Source: a virus (Duplodnaviria > Caudoviricetes). From it: a stretch of 64,000 nt of DNA. The stretch is from IMG/VR virus record IMGVR_UViG_3300028888_001628, positions 32,001 through 96,000 of that record. One strand, 5' to 3'. Shown here in pieces: positions 26,754 through 38,504 of the stretch; the stretch's first letter is position 1, and the number at the start of each line of letters is the position of its first letter. The position numbers and the translations under genes are program-made. The notes below the pieces were generated by a model, which saw nothing but the letters and a program-made list of their open reading frames with translations, was not told where the DNA came from and ran no database searches.

Positions 26754-28292
26754 ATGCCAGAAGAAAACGACAAATTAGAATATACTGCAAAAGATTTCGA
26801 GTCATTTGATTCTGTAGATCTTTTGTGCGATAAGATTGAAGATATTAATAAAAATGATGATAATGGCTATACACCTCTATGTGCAGCTATATTATCAAAT
26901 GCAGATCCTTTAATAATCTTATATTTAACACGGGCAGTATTAAATAATAGTCTTATAATAGACAGTTCAATCGACACTAATAACTGTCTTCCTGAGAGAT
27001 ATGATCACTTTTATAACAGTAATGACGAAGAAATTAAGGTAAGTTCTAAAGATGCGTCTATTACAGAAGTGTGTGATAAAGGTAAATCGCCGTTACAAAT
27101 TGCTATAATGTCAGGTAATATACCTGCGATTAATATTCTATTACAGAATAAAAATTACCCCATCTATATAAATGCAGAGCGTAAAAGAGAGTATGACAAT
27201 AAAGAATACTTTTACATCTATTATAAGAAATATGATAGTAATGGTATCCCAGAGTTTGAACCAGATGAGCCAGATACACCTAAGTATTTAAAAATACCTC
27301 TAATGATAGAGTATGTAAATGGCAGACCAAAACCTACTGTACTTTCATCAGATATATTATCTGCATCTTCAAATACAAAATCAGATATTTTAATAGCTTT
27401 ATCTTCAACCTACACTGGGATTTGGCATTATGTAGGTAAAACAAAATATGACAACGAATGTAACATATTTGACTTATATGGAAATACGCCTCTTATATTT
27501 GCAACTAAATATCAGTGCTATGACTCTATTAGATTTATTTTAGACCGCATAGTAGAATCAGGTGACGATCCTATTAATGCTATTGTATATACAAATAAGA
27601 AATTAGGTGATACTGAAGAATCTGCGCTTTCAATAGCACTTAGTAATAATGACAAAGGTGCATTAAGAATCTTCTATGGTTATTATAGTGAAGATAATTT
27701 ATTACGCACTGCTTTTGTAACTGGCTATACTGATATGATAAACGCTCTTCTGTATAATAAGATGCAAGATGCTGCATTTAGCATATTAAAATGGAAAGAT
27801 AGTAACAATAACTTATTTCTTACAAAAAACTATAATACTAATAATTTACTTTCATACATAAATGATAGTTATAACAACTCACTTAATGCAGAGAGCCCAG
27901 TAAAGTATTTCTTTGAATATATCACAGATAGACTAGATACTAATACTAGCACTTTAGATTCTATTTTATCGTTACTGCATATTATTGTAGATTATCATTG
28001 TTACAAATTTGTAGCAGATGATTACATCGAATCTATAGTCGATAATGAAGATGATCTATATAACAGCGTAATGACTGTTATAGAGGATAAGCATGATAGT
28101 ATGCCAAATAATTCGTTTGTATTAGAAAAGTATATAGAGTCTTCTTGTTATTATTTAGTAAAACTTCTAATTCAGAGAAGTATTAATGGTGAAGAATCGT
28201 TTGTATTGAATGATAAAGAATATGGGTATCTTGCTAACTGCGATGACGAAAGTGTAATAGAGATCTTAAAGGAATTAGCGTATGAGCAATAG
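26754..28292 (+). CDS. Ankyrin-repeat protein
   Basis: DINKNDDNGYTPLCAA; KGKSPLQIA; YGNTPLIFA; ESALSIA. Confidence 0.8.
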   Translation: MPEENDKLEYTAKDFESFDSVDLLCDKIEDINKNDDNGYTPLCAAILSNADPLIILYLTRAVLNNSLIIDSSIDTNNCLPERYDHFYNSNDEEIKVSSKDASITEVCDKGKSPLQIAIMSGNIPAINILLQNKNYPIYINAERKREYDNKEYFYIYYKKYDSNGIPEFEPDEPDTPKYLKIPLMIEYVNGRPKPTVLSSDILSASSNTKSDILIALSSTYTGIWHYVGKTKYDNECNIFDLYGNTPLIFATKYQCYDSIRFILDRIVESGDDPINAIVYTNKKLGDTEESALSIALSNNDKGALRIFYGYYSEDNLLRTAFVTGYTDMINALLYNKMQDAAFSILKWKDSNNNLFLTKNYNTNNLLSYINDSYNNSLNAESPVKYFFEYITDRLDTNTSTLDSILSLLHIIVDYHCYKFVADDYIESIVDNEDDLYNSVMTVIEDKHDSMPNNSFVLEKYIESSCYYLVKLLIQRSINGEESFVLNDKEYGYLANCDDESVIEILKELAYEQ

Positions 28293-30624
28293 TCTTAATA
28301 ATTCCGTAATTAATTTTTATGTTAATCGTAATCTTATAAATATATTAGCATATCTTATAAAAGAAAATAGTATTTCTGCTGATACTGTAGTTAATAGCAT
28401 TTATGAGAAATATAGTGTTGCTTCACGTGAAGATAAAGAACGGTTATCGTCATTATATATAAAGTATGATTTATCAGTTTTAGTAGAAAGAATTCTTTAT
28501 GAGTGTGCAGACTATGATACAGTAGATCGTATGTATGCATTAGTTAAAGAATCAAATAATGCAACTATTAACGATAGTATAGACGCTTACTTAAGCATTA
28601 CTAACTTGTCAAACTTTATAGCAGAAAAACCACATATAGCTGCTTTTATATTCTTAAATGTGGAAGAATCACATTTTTCAGATTTAGATGGTTTTTCAAT
28701 TTCAGATGAAGCATTTCTTAATTCAGTAGTTAGTAACTATAATGACTCAAAACACAGTAACTTACTAAACTACTTAATAGAAAATAATAGTACTATTATA
28801 AAGAATCTTTGGAAGAAAGACATTCAATTCAATGACAATCAGATAAAGCTATTGAATAATAGTACTGAATATAATCATAATATTTCAGATACAGACATAG
28901 TAAATAATATAAATAGACATATAGACCGCTATATAAAGTGCGTAAGCGATAAGATTATTGCTGATCTATATTCACACAATAGATTAGTCTACAGTTCTTA
29001 CACAGCAATCGATAATTGCTATAATGATTCTATATTAGAAATATTTAGAAATAATTATGTTACTGTGACACCGTCCACTTACAGTAGCTCTTTACTTAGA
29101 AAGATAAACGACTATAATCTAGTACACTTGTTTTCATATCTTAAATCACATGATACATTCTCTGAATCAGAATTAAACTACTTAATTGGAAGATCAGATT
29201 GCAATAGTAACATCAAGTCACTTATATTATGCAGCTACACAACAGTAGAAGACATTGATAGAGATTCTAATTATCAGTTATATCTTGAAGTATTTAAATC
29301 AACTGTTTATAGTGACTTTGTATATAATATAATAAATAATTATTCGTATTCTTCAGATGAAATAGACTCGCTGGAAGATTTTGCGTTAGATATAGCGCTG
29401 TGTGTTAGTAACAATGACTTGCATGAAATATTTGACTATGCAATAAACAATAATATGCACAATCTTTTAAGTTGTCTTCTATATGAAAGAGAATTAAATG
29501 AAACAGATTATATTGAGATTAAAAACTTAACAAGCAATAATAATTTCAAATCAGCACTCGATAGAAATATTGGGAATGACAAAGTACGAAGCTCATACAA
29601 ATTATTAGAGCATGACTGTTTTGACTTATTCAATTATCTTTTAATGAATTCTTTGGATGATAGTGATTGCTACGGGTTTTTAACGACAGATATAAACTCA
29701 AACTACAAAAGATTTAGAGACTATCTAATTTCATATATAAATGATAATACTAGTTTAATACATTCATACACAGATAGAGGTATCTATAGCGCTCTAATAT
29801 ATGTATTATTTAACGATATTGTGCCTGTAAGTGAATCTTCAATAGATATCTGTACAAACATATATAGTTCTTCAGCCTTCGATTTAACAAGTGAGCTTGA
29901 CTCTATATATGATGTTTGTGATAATAAAGAAAACTGTATATCTGTCATAGCAGACGTACACAAACACAGATGTTTAGTACATAATACATCAGCAGGGTTT
30001 TTAAATTGGGCATACACTATAGCACAGCTTAATGATTACAGTACAGATCAACTTATAAAAGCGGCTGATTATTGTTACAGTGGTACAGTCTCTGATTACG
30101 ATGGAAATATCATAAATGATTACACAGATAGCTTCATTTACAAGCTGTGTGATAATACAGTTTCAATAGGTGTGCGTGGATCAGGGATGATTTATTCAAT
30201 TCCATTCGGTGTTAATAATTACGCAGATCTAAGTTTTTCAGAATCTCTATATGCAGACGTAGATTGGGACGATTTAGTATCTGCAAACAGTTATAGTATA
30301 ATTTCACTTAAGATTATGAATAGCTATGTAACAGTTGATTCCAATGTAAGAACATATATAATAAATAATTGGAAGAAATTTATTCCATATATTACAGAAG
30401 GTTATACACGCGGATGTAAACCTCTTACTAATGTTACTTATGATTACAATTTATTCTTATCATCAGATAACTTTGCAAGTGAAGTAGGACATAGTACAAA
30501 TCAATCTACGTATAGTAATATATTGAACAGTAATTATTACCCAATAACAGTTTGTTATATGCAGTACACAAAACACGTAATAGCTTCTAAAATAACTAAT
30601 ATTTCAGAAAGTGATCTTGTTTAA
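28282..30624 (+). CDS. Large Asn/Tyr/Ser-rich hypothetical protein
   Basis: 780 aa ORF overlapping the ankyrin gene stop. Confidence 0.75.
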   Translation: MSNSLNNSVINFYVNRNLINILAYLIKENSISADTVVNSIYEKYSVASREDKERLSSLYIKYDLSVLVERILYECADYDTVDRMYALVKESNNATINDSIDAYLSITNLSNFIAEKPHIAAFIFLNVEESHFSDLDGFSISDEAFLNSVVSNYNDSKHSNLLNYLIENNSTIIKNLWKKDIQFNDNQIKLLNNSTEYNHNISDTDIVNNINRHIDRYIKCVSDKIIADLYSHNRLVYSSYTAIDNCYNDSILEIFRNNYVTVTPSTYSSSLLRKINDYNLVHLFSYLKSHDTFSESELNYLIGRSDCNSNIKSLILCSYTTVEDIDRDSNYQLYLEVFKSTVYSDFVYNIINNYSYSSDEIDSLEDFALDIALCVSNNDLHEIFDYAINNNMHNLLSCLLYERELNETDYIEIKNLTSNNNFKSALDRNIGNDKVRSSYKLLEHDCFDLFNYLLMNSLDDSDCYGFLTTDINSNYKRFRDYLISYINDNTSLIHSYTDRGIYSALIYVLFNDIVPVSESSIDICTNIYSSSAFDLTSELDSIYDVCDNKENCISVIADVHKHRCLVHNTSAGFLNWAYTIAQLNDYSTDQLIKAADYCYSGTVSDYDGNIINDYTDSFIYKLCDNTVSIGVRGSGMIYSIPFGVNNYADLSFSESLYADVDWDDLVSANSYSIISLKIMNSYVTVDSNVRTYIINNWKKFIPYITEGYTRGCKPLTNVTYDYNLFLSSDNFASEVGHSTNQSTYSNILNSNYYPITVCYMQYTKHVIASKITNISESDLV

Positions 30625-30642
30625 GTCATAGAGAGTTATATC

Positions 30643-32166
30643 ATGAGTTTAAAATCATTTTTTAAAAATCTATTTGGTTTAGGTCAAAAGATAGAAGTAA
30701 TAAAAGACACAACTGACTCACGTGATGATAAGTTAGAGAATTTATTTCTAAATAGAGATAATAACATTCTAACTTCATTACGTGATCTTTCAACTGATCG
30801 TCTCTCAAGAATCAAAGATTATCGTGAAATGATGAAAGACGGTATTACTCTTTCAGCAATCGAGCTTATCTCTGAAGACGCATCTCTGATAGATCAAGAC
30901 ATTGGTTTAGCTGCATGGATTGAGTCTTCAGATAATCCTGACTTTGCTGAAATGATGACAGATTTTCTAAAGAATAAATTACGCATTAACGATATTATTT
31001 ATCCTATTGCGTTTAATATAGTTGCGTTTGGTGAATGTTTTCTTAATACGAATTATTCTAATATAGCGTATCGAAAAGAATACAACGTAGGTGACTTTTT
31101 TACTATTGCTGAACCTGAAGACGTAGTTCATATTTATAGATTCGGTGTTCCATTAGGTTATTTATATAGACCACAAAGTACAGATAAGAATTCTATCGAT
31201 AGTGATAAGTTATTACCTGAGAGATCATTTATTCACTTCATTTCTGATAGAGCTAATCATGATTCTATCTCTGAAGATTCATATATTCAATATGGTGCAT
31301 CTTTTCTTGAGGCTGCAAGGCCTTATTATAAACAGAGACAGCTATTAGACGATCTTTTAATTCTTGCAAGATTAACAAGATCTTCTTTTTATAGACTGTT
31401 TTCTGTAGATGTTGGTGCTGCATCTTCACAAGATACTGCTCGTATGATGAGAGAGTTAAAGACAGCTATTTCATCAAAACAATCTATCAATGTTAGTACA
31501 GAGGTTTTTAGTTCAAGATCTTCACCTATTTTAACAGGTGGTAATGTTTATTTCCCAACTCGTAATGGTCAGGGTGCAGTAACAGTTCAAGAGGTTGGTG
31601 GTGAAGTTAACGTGTCAGCATTAGCTGATATTGATTATTTTGATGATCGCTATTATGGTGCGTTAAAGGTCCCTAAACAATTCTTAGGGCAGTCTGATGA
31701 AGCTCCTGGCGGATTAGGTGATACAACACTAACACAGTTAGACATTCGTTATGCAAGGACAGTAAAACGTTGTCAGCGAATTATTAAATCAGGTTTAAAA
31801 GATTTAATTTATTGGTTCTGCTCAATTCACAATATTCTTCCACCAAACTTTACAGTTGAAATGCCTCGCATATTAACTGCAGAAGACACGAGATTATCAG
31901 ATATTCAAAAGTCAGAAATTGAGGTTACAAATTCTATATTAGAACTTATCAAAGGTGTTGATGAAAACGCGTTAAATAATGCTGACAAAGCAAAGTTAAT
32001 GACAGCTTTGTTAAATAGAGTATCAAACGATGAGGACATTATTGATGCGTTGAATATTCATAAACTAAAACCAACTGATAACGGTAGCGGAAGTGAAAGT
32101 GAAGATACTTCATCTGAAGAAGAGGATTCTGGAGGCGGTGAGGAAGATTTTGATTTTAATATGTAG
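30643..32166 (+). CDS. Portal protein (T4 gp20-like)
   Basis: YREM; ARLTRSSFYRLFSVDVG; YFPTRNG; DIDYF...ALKVP; DIRYARTVKRCQ. Confidence 0.9.
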   Translation: MSLKSFFKNLFGLGQKIEVIKDTTDSRDDKLENLFLNRDNNILTSLRDLSTDRLSRIKDYREMMKDGITLSAIELISEDASLIDQDIGLAAWIESSDNPDFAEMMTDFLKNKLRINDIIYPIAFNIVAFGECFLNTNYSNIAYRKEYNVGDFFTIAEPEDVVHIYRFGVPLGYLYRPQSTDKNSIDSDKLLPERSFIHFISDRANHDSISEDSYIQYGASFLEAARPYYKQRQLLDDLLILARLTRSSFYRLFSVDVGAASSQDTARMMRELKTAISSKQSINVSTEVFSSRSSPILTGGNVYFPTRNGQGAVTVQEVGGEVNVSALADIDYFDDRYYGALKVPKQFLGQSDEAPGGLGDTTLTQLDIRYARTVKRCQRIIKSGLKDLIYWFCSIHNILPPNFTVEMPRILTAEDTRLSDIQKSEIEVTNSILELIKGVDENALNNADKAKLMTALLNRVSNDEDIIDALNIHKLKPTDNGSGSESEDTSSEEEDSGGGEEDFDFNM

Positions 32167-32178
32167 TTAATAAACTAT

Positions 32179-32212
32179 AACCCATTGGAAATAATTTCCA
32201 ATGGGTTTATTT
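32179..32212 (+). terminator. Terminator hairpin after the portal gene
   Basis: aacccattggaaa / tttccaatgggtt followed by T-rich tail. Confidence 0.75.
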
Positions 32213-32271
32213 GTGTGATAGTGTGCCATATCAAATATATCTGTATACCAAATATGATTATAGGTGAACTT

Positions 32272-33135
32272 ATGCGACCATCAGATATAATAAATAGATC
32301 AGACAATAGATCAAAAGAAAGGGCACTAAAACAGCCTATTGCTGCTAAACTGTATAAAGTAGAAGACAATAAGATCTTATATACAGTAAATTCAAGTGAA
32401 GGTGATAAACAGTACATAGTAACTATACAGTTACTTAATCTAACTGGTAACAAGTTAAGATCACTAAAGTCAGCTTTATCAGGCGACATACGAATAAGTT
32501 GTACTTGCCCTGGCTTTCTTTACAGAGGCTATAAGTATATTCTATATAAGCATCAAGCTGGGATTAATAAAGAGACTCGTGCACCTGTAAAGAACAACCC
32601 TTCACAAGAAGGCATGGCTTGTAAACACATTCTAGTTGCTCTAGAAAAAATGAAATCAGACTATAACGAAATATATAATCTGTTTAAAGCACAGTCTCCT
32701 AAAGGTAAAGATAAGCCTCAACCAACTGATATAGCAGATAATAACAAAAGTGATAGTCCAACTGAATTAGACATTAAGTTAGTTACAGATTTTAAAACAG
32801 CTTGTGATAAACTGTATAAAGACTATACTATGTACAAGAGTCAGACGCCTACAAGAGATGCTTTGTTTGTAGATAGTAAGTACTACGATAAAGTAGATCC
32901 TAGTAAGATATTATTAAATCTTTCAAAACCTGTTGTGAAATCACTTAGTACTAAGTTCATTGGAAAACTAAAATCTTTAGAAGACATTCTTAAGATGATA
33001 GATCAAAAAGGTAATGGTTTTAATGTATTATTAGATTCAGATGTAAAGTCTCTAATAAAGAAATTAAATGAGACTGTACATTCTGCAAATGAATCACTAA
33101 TAAATGACATTATATTAACACTTATATATTCGTAG
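32272..33135 (+). CDS. SWIM-type zinc-finger protein
   Basis: CTCPGFLY...ACKH; AGGTGA RBS before ATG 32272 (the track start lies inside the terminator). Confidence 0.75.
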   Translation: MRPSDIINRSDNRSKERALKQPIAAKLYKVEDNKILYTVNSSEGDKQYIVTIQLLNLTGNKLRSLKSALSGDIRISCTCPGFLYRGYKYILYKHQAGINKETRAPVKNNPSQEGMACKHILVALEKMKSDYNEIYNLFKAQSPKGKDKPQPTDIADNNKSDSPTELDIKLVTDFKTACDKLYKDYTMYKSQTPTRDALFVDSKYYDKVDPSKILLNLSKPVVKSLSTKFIGKLKSLEDILKMIDQKGNGFNVLLDSDVKSLIKKLNETVHSANESLINDIILTLIYS

Positions 33136-33143
33136 GATCTATC

Positions 33144-33929
33144 ATGTTTTATGCATCTAAGTTAGGTAATGTACGATACTTTGACTTTGTGTTATACAAT
33201 TCACAAAGATGTGAGCCTTCTTTATTATTTATTCTAGGTTTAGAATCTATACTTAATCCTGATAATCAGTTTAATAGAAACATTGTATTATATAGAAATC
33301 AAATCCAAGATATATTCGATGGTGTCTATACATACTTATACGGAACGCTGCCTGATCCAAGTCTACTTATAACTTCAATAGAGTTTGATTCATTTGGTCT
33401 TAAAAGTTTTATCAACAATTTAACAGGGAATGAAATTGATAAAGTTATTCCTCTTATTTATCACGATAGCTATAATGATGTTCCTATATATGAAAGTAAA
33501 GTAGATGATATATTAAATATCTTTAACTTTGCAGGGTATTCTAAAACAGATGATGAGATTCATTATATAGGTACATTTGGTGTAACAGATCAATCTGTAA
33601 TAGACTATATTATTGGTTATAATGAATCATTAAAGAATGATCACGAAAAGAAAAAGAAATATAGCCAAATATATAAGTTAATAGACTACCGTGCTGTACA
33701 CCAATATGCGCTAGGTGTTTTATACGGATGCACTCAATTAGGATATGAGCCATCTCTAGTATTCAGTAAAGATACGACGTGGTATGATGGTCAGTATAAC
33801 AATTTAATATTAACTGCTTCAGCTGCATTTAATTTTAACACTAAACAAATACCTAAGATAGACATTGATCCAGATTTAGTAAATAAATATAAAGGGATCA
33901 ATCAAAACAGAATTTGGAATTATAATTAG
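33144..33929 (+). CDS. Hypothetical protein, paralogous to the N-terminal domain of 33942-36824
   Basis: Shared LGLE, GLK...TG, LGVL[YF]GC..LGY, WY.G.Y.NL.LTA, IWN motifs. Confidence 0.75.
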   Translation: MFYASKLGNVRYFDFVLYNSQRCEPSLLFILGLESILNPDNQFNRNIVLYRNQIQDIFDGVYTYLYGTLPDPSLLITSIEFDSFGLKSFINNLTGNEIDKVIPLIYHDSYNDVPIYESKVDDILNIFNFAGYSKTDDEIHYIGTFGVTDQSVIDYIIGYNESLKNDHEKKKKYSQIYKLIDYRAVHQYALGVLYGCTQLGYEPSLVFSKDTTWYDGQYNNLILTASAAFNFNTKQIPKIDIDPDLVNKYKGINQNRIWNYN

Positions 33930-33941
33930 AGGTAAACAGTC

Positions 33942-36824
33942 ATGCTATATTCTAGTCGTAACGGTTGCTTATTCTACTATGATTCTGTATTATATGGTTG
34001 GAAGATAGCAGACCCCACTACTCTTTTCCTATTAGGATTAGAGGCGGTAACTTCATTTAGTAAATCTGTATCTGATATTATCACTATTTCAAAATACGTG
34101 TATTATAAAGACCAAGACTATTTAACTCATCTTAACTATATGGATGAGCTATATGATGAGATATATTCATTTCTATCTAAACGTGGAAGTGTGAACGATT
34201 ATGAACAGTATCTTACATATAACTGTTACGGTCTAAAGCTGTTATTAAATTCAATGACAGGCACTGATAATGATAGAACTATTCCAATAATATTTAAATC
34301 AGATACAAATAAGTCAAGAATTGATTTATCAAAAGTTTCATTACGTGTACCTAGTTCTGTGTCTAGTACAATGACATACTTTGATAATCAGGCTAATTGG
34401 ATTAAGTATATATTCGAAGACGCAGGTTACGATATCTTAAATCCGTTACCTAACGGGTATTTAGGCATAACAGATGAGGACTCAATAGATAATATTTTAC
34501 CAAGTTGGTCAGACGATAGTACAAGCAGGGATTTAGTATTATATAGAGCTAAATTACTTAGAGATATTTCCGCATATAATACTACTTTACTTCCATTATA
34601 TAATGAGCAAGTTAGTAATAGTGGAATTTATTCACTGCTTGACTTTAAATCAATGTATTCTTATTCATTAGGTGTACTATTCGGGTGCGCTTGTTTAGGA
34701 TACAATAATAAATATATATGGCGTTACAATCCTACATATTGGTATAATGGTGACTATAAGAATCTTGTTTTAACTGCGTGGTATACATTTCACTTTCATT
34801 GGACAAATAATAAAGGTATCTTTAAAGAAAGTAGCGATGTAAATTATAATCAGTTTAGAGATATACAGTCAAATGTAATTTGGAATTTCGATAATAGTAG
34901 TGAATTGTTTGAAGACTCACCTACATTAGCAGACGATGAGATTAAATGTATCGCGTTAAGAGTGAAAGATGATGAAAATTATTCTACGCGAATTATTTAT
35001 TCTCAGGATACAGTTTCATCTGAAGCACAGATTAATAAAGGTTCTTATATTAAGAGAAAAGATGATAACTCACTAGTATGGGATAGCATTGACAATAAGA
35101 TAAATAATACAGATGATTCTTACGGTATAATATTAGAGAATGAGCAACCTATTATAAGATACTTCGGTAATGACAAATTAGTTCTGTACAAAGCTCATTC
35201 ATGGAAAGATTCAGATAATACAATTCATTATCTTGCACCTAATCAATGTAATTATTATATTTATAGTCCTGTAATTGGTTGGGTTAATTACGATGGAACA
35301 CTTGTACAACCAGAGCTTACGTCCAATATTAAATGTAATAAATATTTCCCATCACTGTATCCAATAAGTATATTAAATGATCCACGATTTGGTTTTTATG
35401 TAAATGATGATGTAATAGTCAATGATGTATCATTAAAACAACCTAGCACTATGTACAGATACAATTCTAATGAAAAAATAGAATTATGTATGTGTTATGA
35501 GTGTTTTCTTAAAAACGATTCTAGAGCTACAGATAGTAGTGAGTATTTAGCCGATCTTTATGGTATTTGGGAAACTGAAGAACAGTATACATCAGCTACT
35601 AATCTAAAATCTAACTTTGATAGAATTATTACAGGTGATCAGTTTTCTGAAGAGGGTTGGAATAAGATTCCGCGGGGCTACCATATTAGTACAGATTACT
35701 TCGATTTAGACGTAAGAAAGACATTAGTTGTAAGAGATGATACTGATGACAGCATAATAAAAACTTATGTGTATAACCCTGATTTAGAAGAAAAGTTAAC
35801 AAGTTGGTACGGGTACTCTAAAACACCAGCAGAACAGATTTACATATATGCAGTACGTGACGAAAACAGCCATACACCTACTGAATATATATTTAGAAGA
35901 ATTCCTTGGGGTACAAATTACGCATATTGGTGTAATAATTGGTACTCAGTTGTAAGGGGTGGGTCTGTAGAAGATCACATCTACATAAATGATAGTGAAG
36001 AAGACTTTTTATATCAGCCTGATTTTTATTGGGTAGACGTTAATTTCTTAATACAGTCACAACCTGATCCTGGTCCTTGCATAAAACGTAATACTAAACT
36101 GTCTCTTTACTTAGCTGATGAGATAATACCTGCTTACAATAATATTGACGTTTATGGTGCACTAAAGTCAGACAGCTCTATAGCTGGGAATATGATTTAT
36201 ATAAATATTCACGATTTAAGTGAATCAGAGCCAGATAAATATTTATTCGCAGACTTAGACGTAAATGCAGAGCGATGGCAAGATAACCTAATATATAGAC
36301 ATGGTGTTACTACATATCCATGCGAAGTAATATACAGAGATGATCAGAATAAGCCAGTAGTATGGTATGATTCAAACATGAATCTGTATTGGAATGGCTT
36401 ACATGGAATAAATACATGGCAGTCTACACGACCTGTTATTACGAATATTCAAATGTACGATGCTTCACCTTCAATTACAGACAGAATTAAATGGGTGTTT
36501 GAAGATAGTACTCTTGGTATGATTACTATTGATGGTACAGATTATCCATATAGTACATTCTATGCAAACCCATATTACGGATTAATAAAAGAGACTTTAT
36601 CTGTATTTAAACCAGACGCAGATCCGTATGAAGGTGTGATTGAATGCTATCACGATACAAACTCTACATACGACAGATATATAATCCCATCACATCCATC
36701 AATGCAGTGGGTTAGTAGAAGTGATATTTCAAATATGGGTTATAGATTTGTAGATGGTACAGAGACACTTTATAACGGTAGTACTCCAGAACAAATAGTT
36801 ATTGACGATGATAGCACTGACTAA
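33942..36824 (+). CDS. Large Tyr/Asp-rich putative structural (tail/baseplate) protein
   Basis: 960 aa; beta-rich composition; lies in the block between portal and head genes. Confidence 0.6.
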   Translation: MLYSSRNGCLFYYDSVLYGWKIADPTTLFLLGLEAVTSFSKSVSDIITISKYVYYKDQDYLTHLNYMDELYDEIYSFLSKRGSVNDYEQYLTYNCYGLKLLLNSMTGTDNDRTIPIIFKSDTNKSRIDLSKVSLRVPSSVSSTMTYFDNQANWIKYIFEDAGYDILNPLPNGYLGITDEDSIDNILPSWSDDSTSRDLVLYRAKLLRDISAYNTTLLPLYNEQVSNSGIYSLLDFKSMYSYSLGVLFGCACLGYNNKYIWRYNPTYWYNGDYKNLVLTAWYTFHFHWTNNKGIFKESSDVNYNQFRDIQSNVIWNFDNSSELFEDSPTLADDEIKCIALRVKDDENYSTRIIYSQDTVSSEAQINKGSYIKRKDDNSLVWDSIDNKINNTDDSYGIILENEQPIIRYFGNDKLVLYKAHSWKDSDNTIHYLAPNQCNYYIYSPVIGWVNYDGTLVQPELTSNIKCNKYFPSLYPISILNDPRFGFYVNDDVIVNDVSLKQPSTMYRYNSNEKIELCMCYECFLKNDSRATDSSEYLADLYGIWETEEQYTSATNLKSNFDRIITGDQFSEEGWNKIPRGYHISTDYFDLDVRKTLVVRDDTDDSIIKTYVYNPDLEEKLTSWYGYSKTPAEQIYIYAVRDENSHTPTEYIFRRIPWGTNYAYWCNNWYSVVRGGSVEDHIYINDSEEDFLYQPDFYWVDVNFLIQSQPDPGPCIKRNTKLSLYLADEIIPAYNNIDVYGALKSDSSIAGNMIYINIHDLSESEPDKYLFADLDVNAERWQDNLIYRHGVTTYPCEVIYRDDQNKPVVWYDSNMNLYWNGLHGINTWQSTRPVITNIQMYDASPSITDRIKWVFEDSTLGMITIDGTDYPYSTFYANPYYGLIKETLSVFKPDADPYEGVIECYHDTNSTYDRYIIPSHPSMQWVSRSDISNMGYRFVDGTETLYNGSTPEQIVIDDDSTD

Positions 36825-36894
36825 ATAATAAAACACATATCAATAAAGATGAGATGTAGTTAACATACTAATTATATCTCATCTTTTATTTTTA

Positions 36895-38499
36895 ATGGTG
36901 GCATATATGAGTGAAAGACTTTATTATATACCAGAAGCAATTACACAAAACAAATGGGTTACTTATAACGAAGCACATAATTATGGTTACACTAGAAATG
37001 CGACTTATAATATTATGTGCTACACTTCTAATGTAGAAGGCGTTGAGCTTAGATACGATAATCAAGCTAACAAACTATTTGACTTTAGATTATCTTTGCC
37101 TCATTCTTGGGTAACAGATATAGATGAATTAGATCTGTATATCCAAATTGGAATGACTTCATTATATCATGGTGAATCAGCAACAGATCTTCCAGGATGG
37201 TCATCTTCATTATATTCTGAAGAAATAACACACGCTACTGTAAATTCTCATATATACTCATTTGAAGAACTATATGATTTAGGATATACACAGTATCCGT
37301 GTAGCAACTATTATATGTTAGACGGAATTCCGTTAGTATGGTATGACTCCACTGAAGGTAAGTATTATGATAACCGTGATGGTAAGAAAGAGTGGGTAGA
37401 TGAACCACCTGTGATATCGAATTTCACACCACAAGATATATGGATTCAAACTAATGATACACTTTTAAATCCTGTACCTCAATGGGAAGACGATTTATCA
37501 CAGATTCCGCTTAAATATAGAGTCAGCTCATTCGATGAACAAGATTCATACTTTTCTACACAGATTAATCAACTTTCTGGTTATAATAATGTAGATCATG
37601 TATTATACCAATCATCGATAGTGCAATTATACCAAGACGTTACAAGAACAAGCACTTCATTATATGTACTACCTGAAGAAGGTGTATATGATTACAGCGG
37701 TACGTTTCATCCACAGGGTGATTCATTCATAGGTGATTATAAAGTAGTATATATTGACTCTGATTCAGACGTGATTTTTTATAACGGATCTACACCTTAT
37801 ACATTTGGGCAAACACATGATGATCTGAATCCAGTTATATATTATAATACAGTTGATAAGAAATATTATACTCTATCAGGGTTATTATTAGAAGGCTATA
37901 CACAAACGCCATCTACAGAATTATTAGTATCTGATACAAATGATGAACAGCATATTTATAGCAGTAATATTCATAGTGCTTTGTATAATTCTATTAACGG
38001 ATATTATATAAATAATAATTGGTATGACTCTATTCGCAGTCTTAATGCTGCTGGTTATTATTTAGTAGAAAAAGATTCTATGACTATAAATAGGGATAAA
38101 TCAGCCGGCGGTTCTCCATATGATTATAACATAACTAATCAGTCAAGTTCTTTTAATACATCATATAAGAAAGCATATTATTTAGATGCTGATAATAGAG
38201 AACCGTTTAAATGGGATGGTAATTATTGGTTTGTAGACGTTGAGCTTTCACCTACATTGAAAGACATATCGCTATATAAAACTAACTTATCAGATATGCC
38301 ATCAACGACAACATCTAATCCCAATTATTGGAAATTCTTATTAGTTCTTATAACTGCTTCTGGAGACCCAATAACACAGTTCTCATCTAGAGAATTGGGC
38401 ACGCAGATATATCTGTACACAGCGACTAATTATTACTCAAGCTTATCAGATACTGATAAATATAAGTCAATAGTTATTTCAAGATACAAATTGGTATAG
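36895..38499 (+). CDS. Putative structural protein (Tyr-rich, beta-rich)
   Basis: 534 aa; PLVWYDS resembles PVVWYDS in the upstream protein. Confidence 0.55.
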   Translation: MVAYMSERLYYIPEAITQNKWVTYNEAHNYGYTRNATYNIMCYTSNVEGVELRYDNQANKLFDFRLSLPHSWVTDIDELDLYIQIGMTSLYHGESATDLPGWSSSLYSEEITHATVNSHIYSFEELYDLGYTQYPCSNYYMLDGIPLVWYDSTEGKYYDNRDGKKEWVDEPPVISNFTPQDIWIQTNDTLLNPVPQWEDDLSQIPLKYRVSSFDEQDSYFSTQINQLSGYNNVDHVLYQSSIVQLYQDVTRTSTSLYVLPEEGVYDYSGTFHPQGDSFIGDYKVVYIDSDSDVIFYNGSTPYTFGQTHDDLNPVIYYNTVDKKYYTLSGLLLEGYTQTPSTELLVSDTNDEQHIYSSNIHSALYNSINGYYINNNWYDSIRSLNAAGYYLVEKDSMTINRDKSAGGSPYDYNITNQSSSFNTSYKKAYYLDADNREPFKWDGNYWFVDVELSPTLKDISLYKTNLSDMPSTTTSNPNYWKFLLVLITASGDPITQFSSRELGTQIYLYTATNYYSSLSDTDKYKSIVISRYKLV

Positions 38500-38504
38500 G
38501 CATT

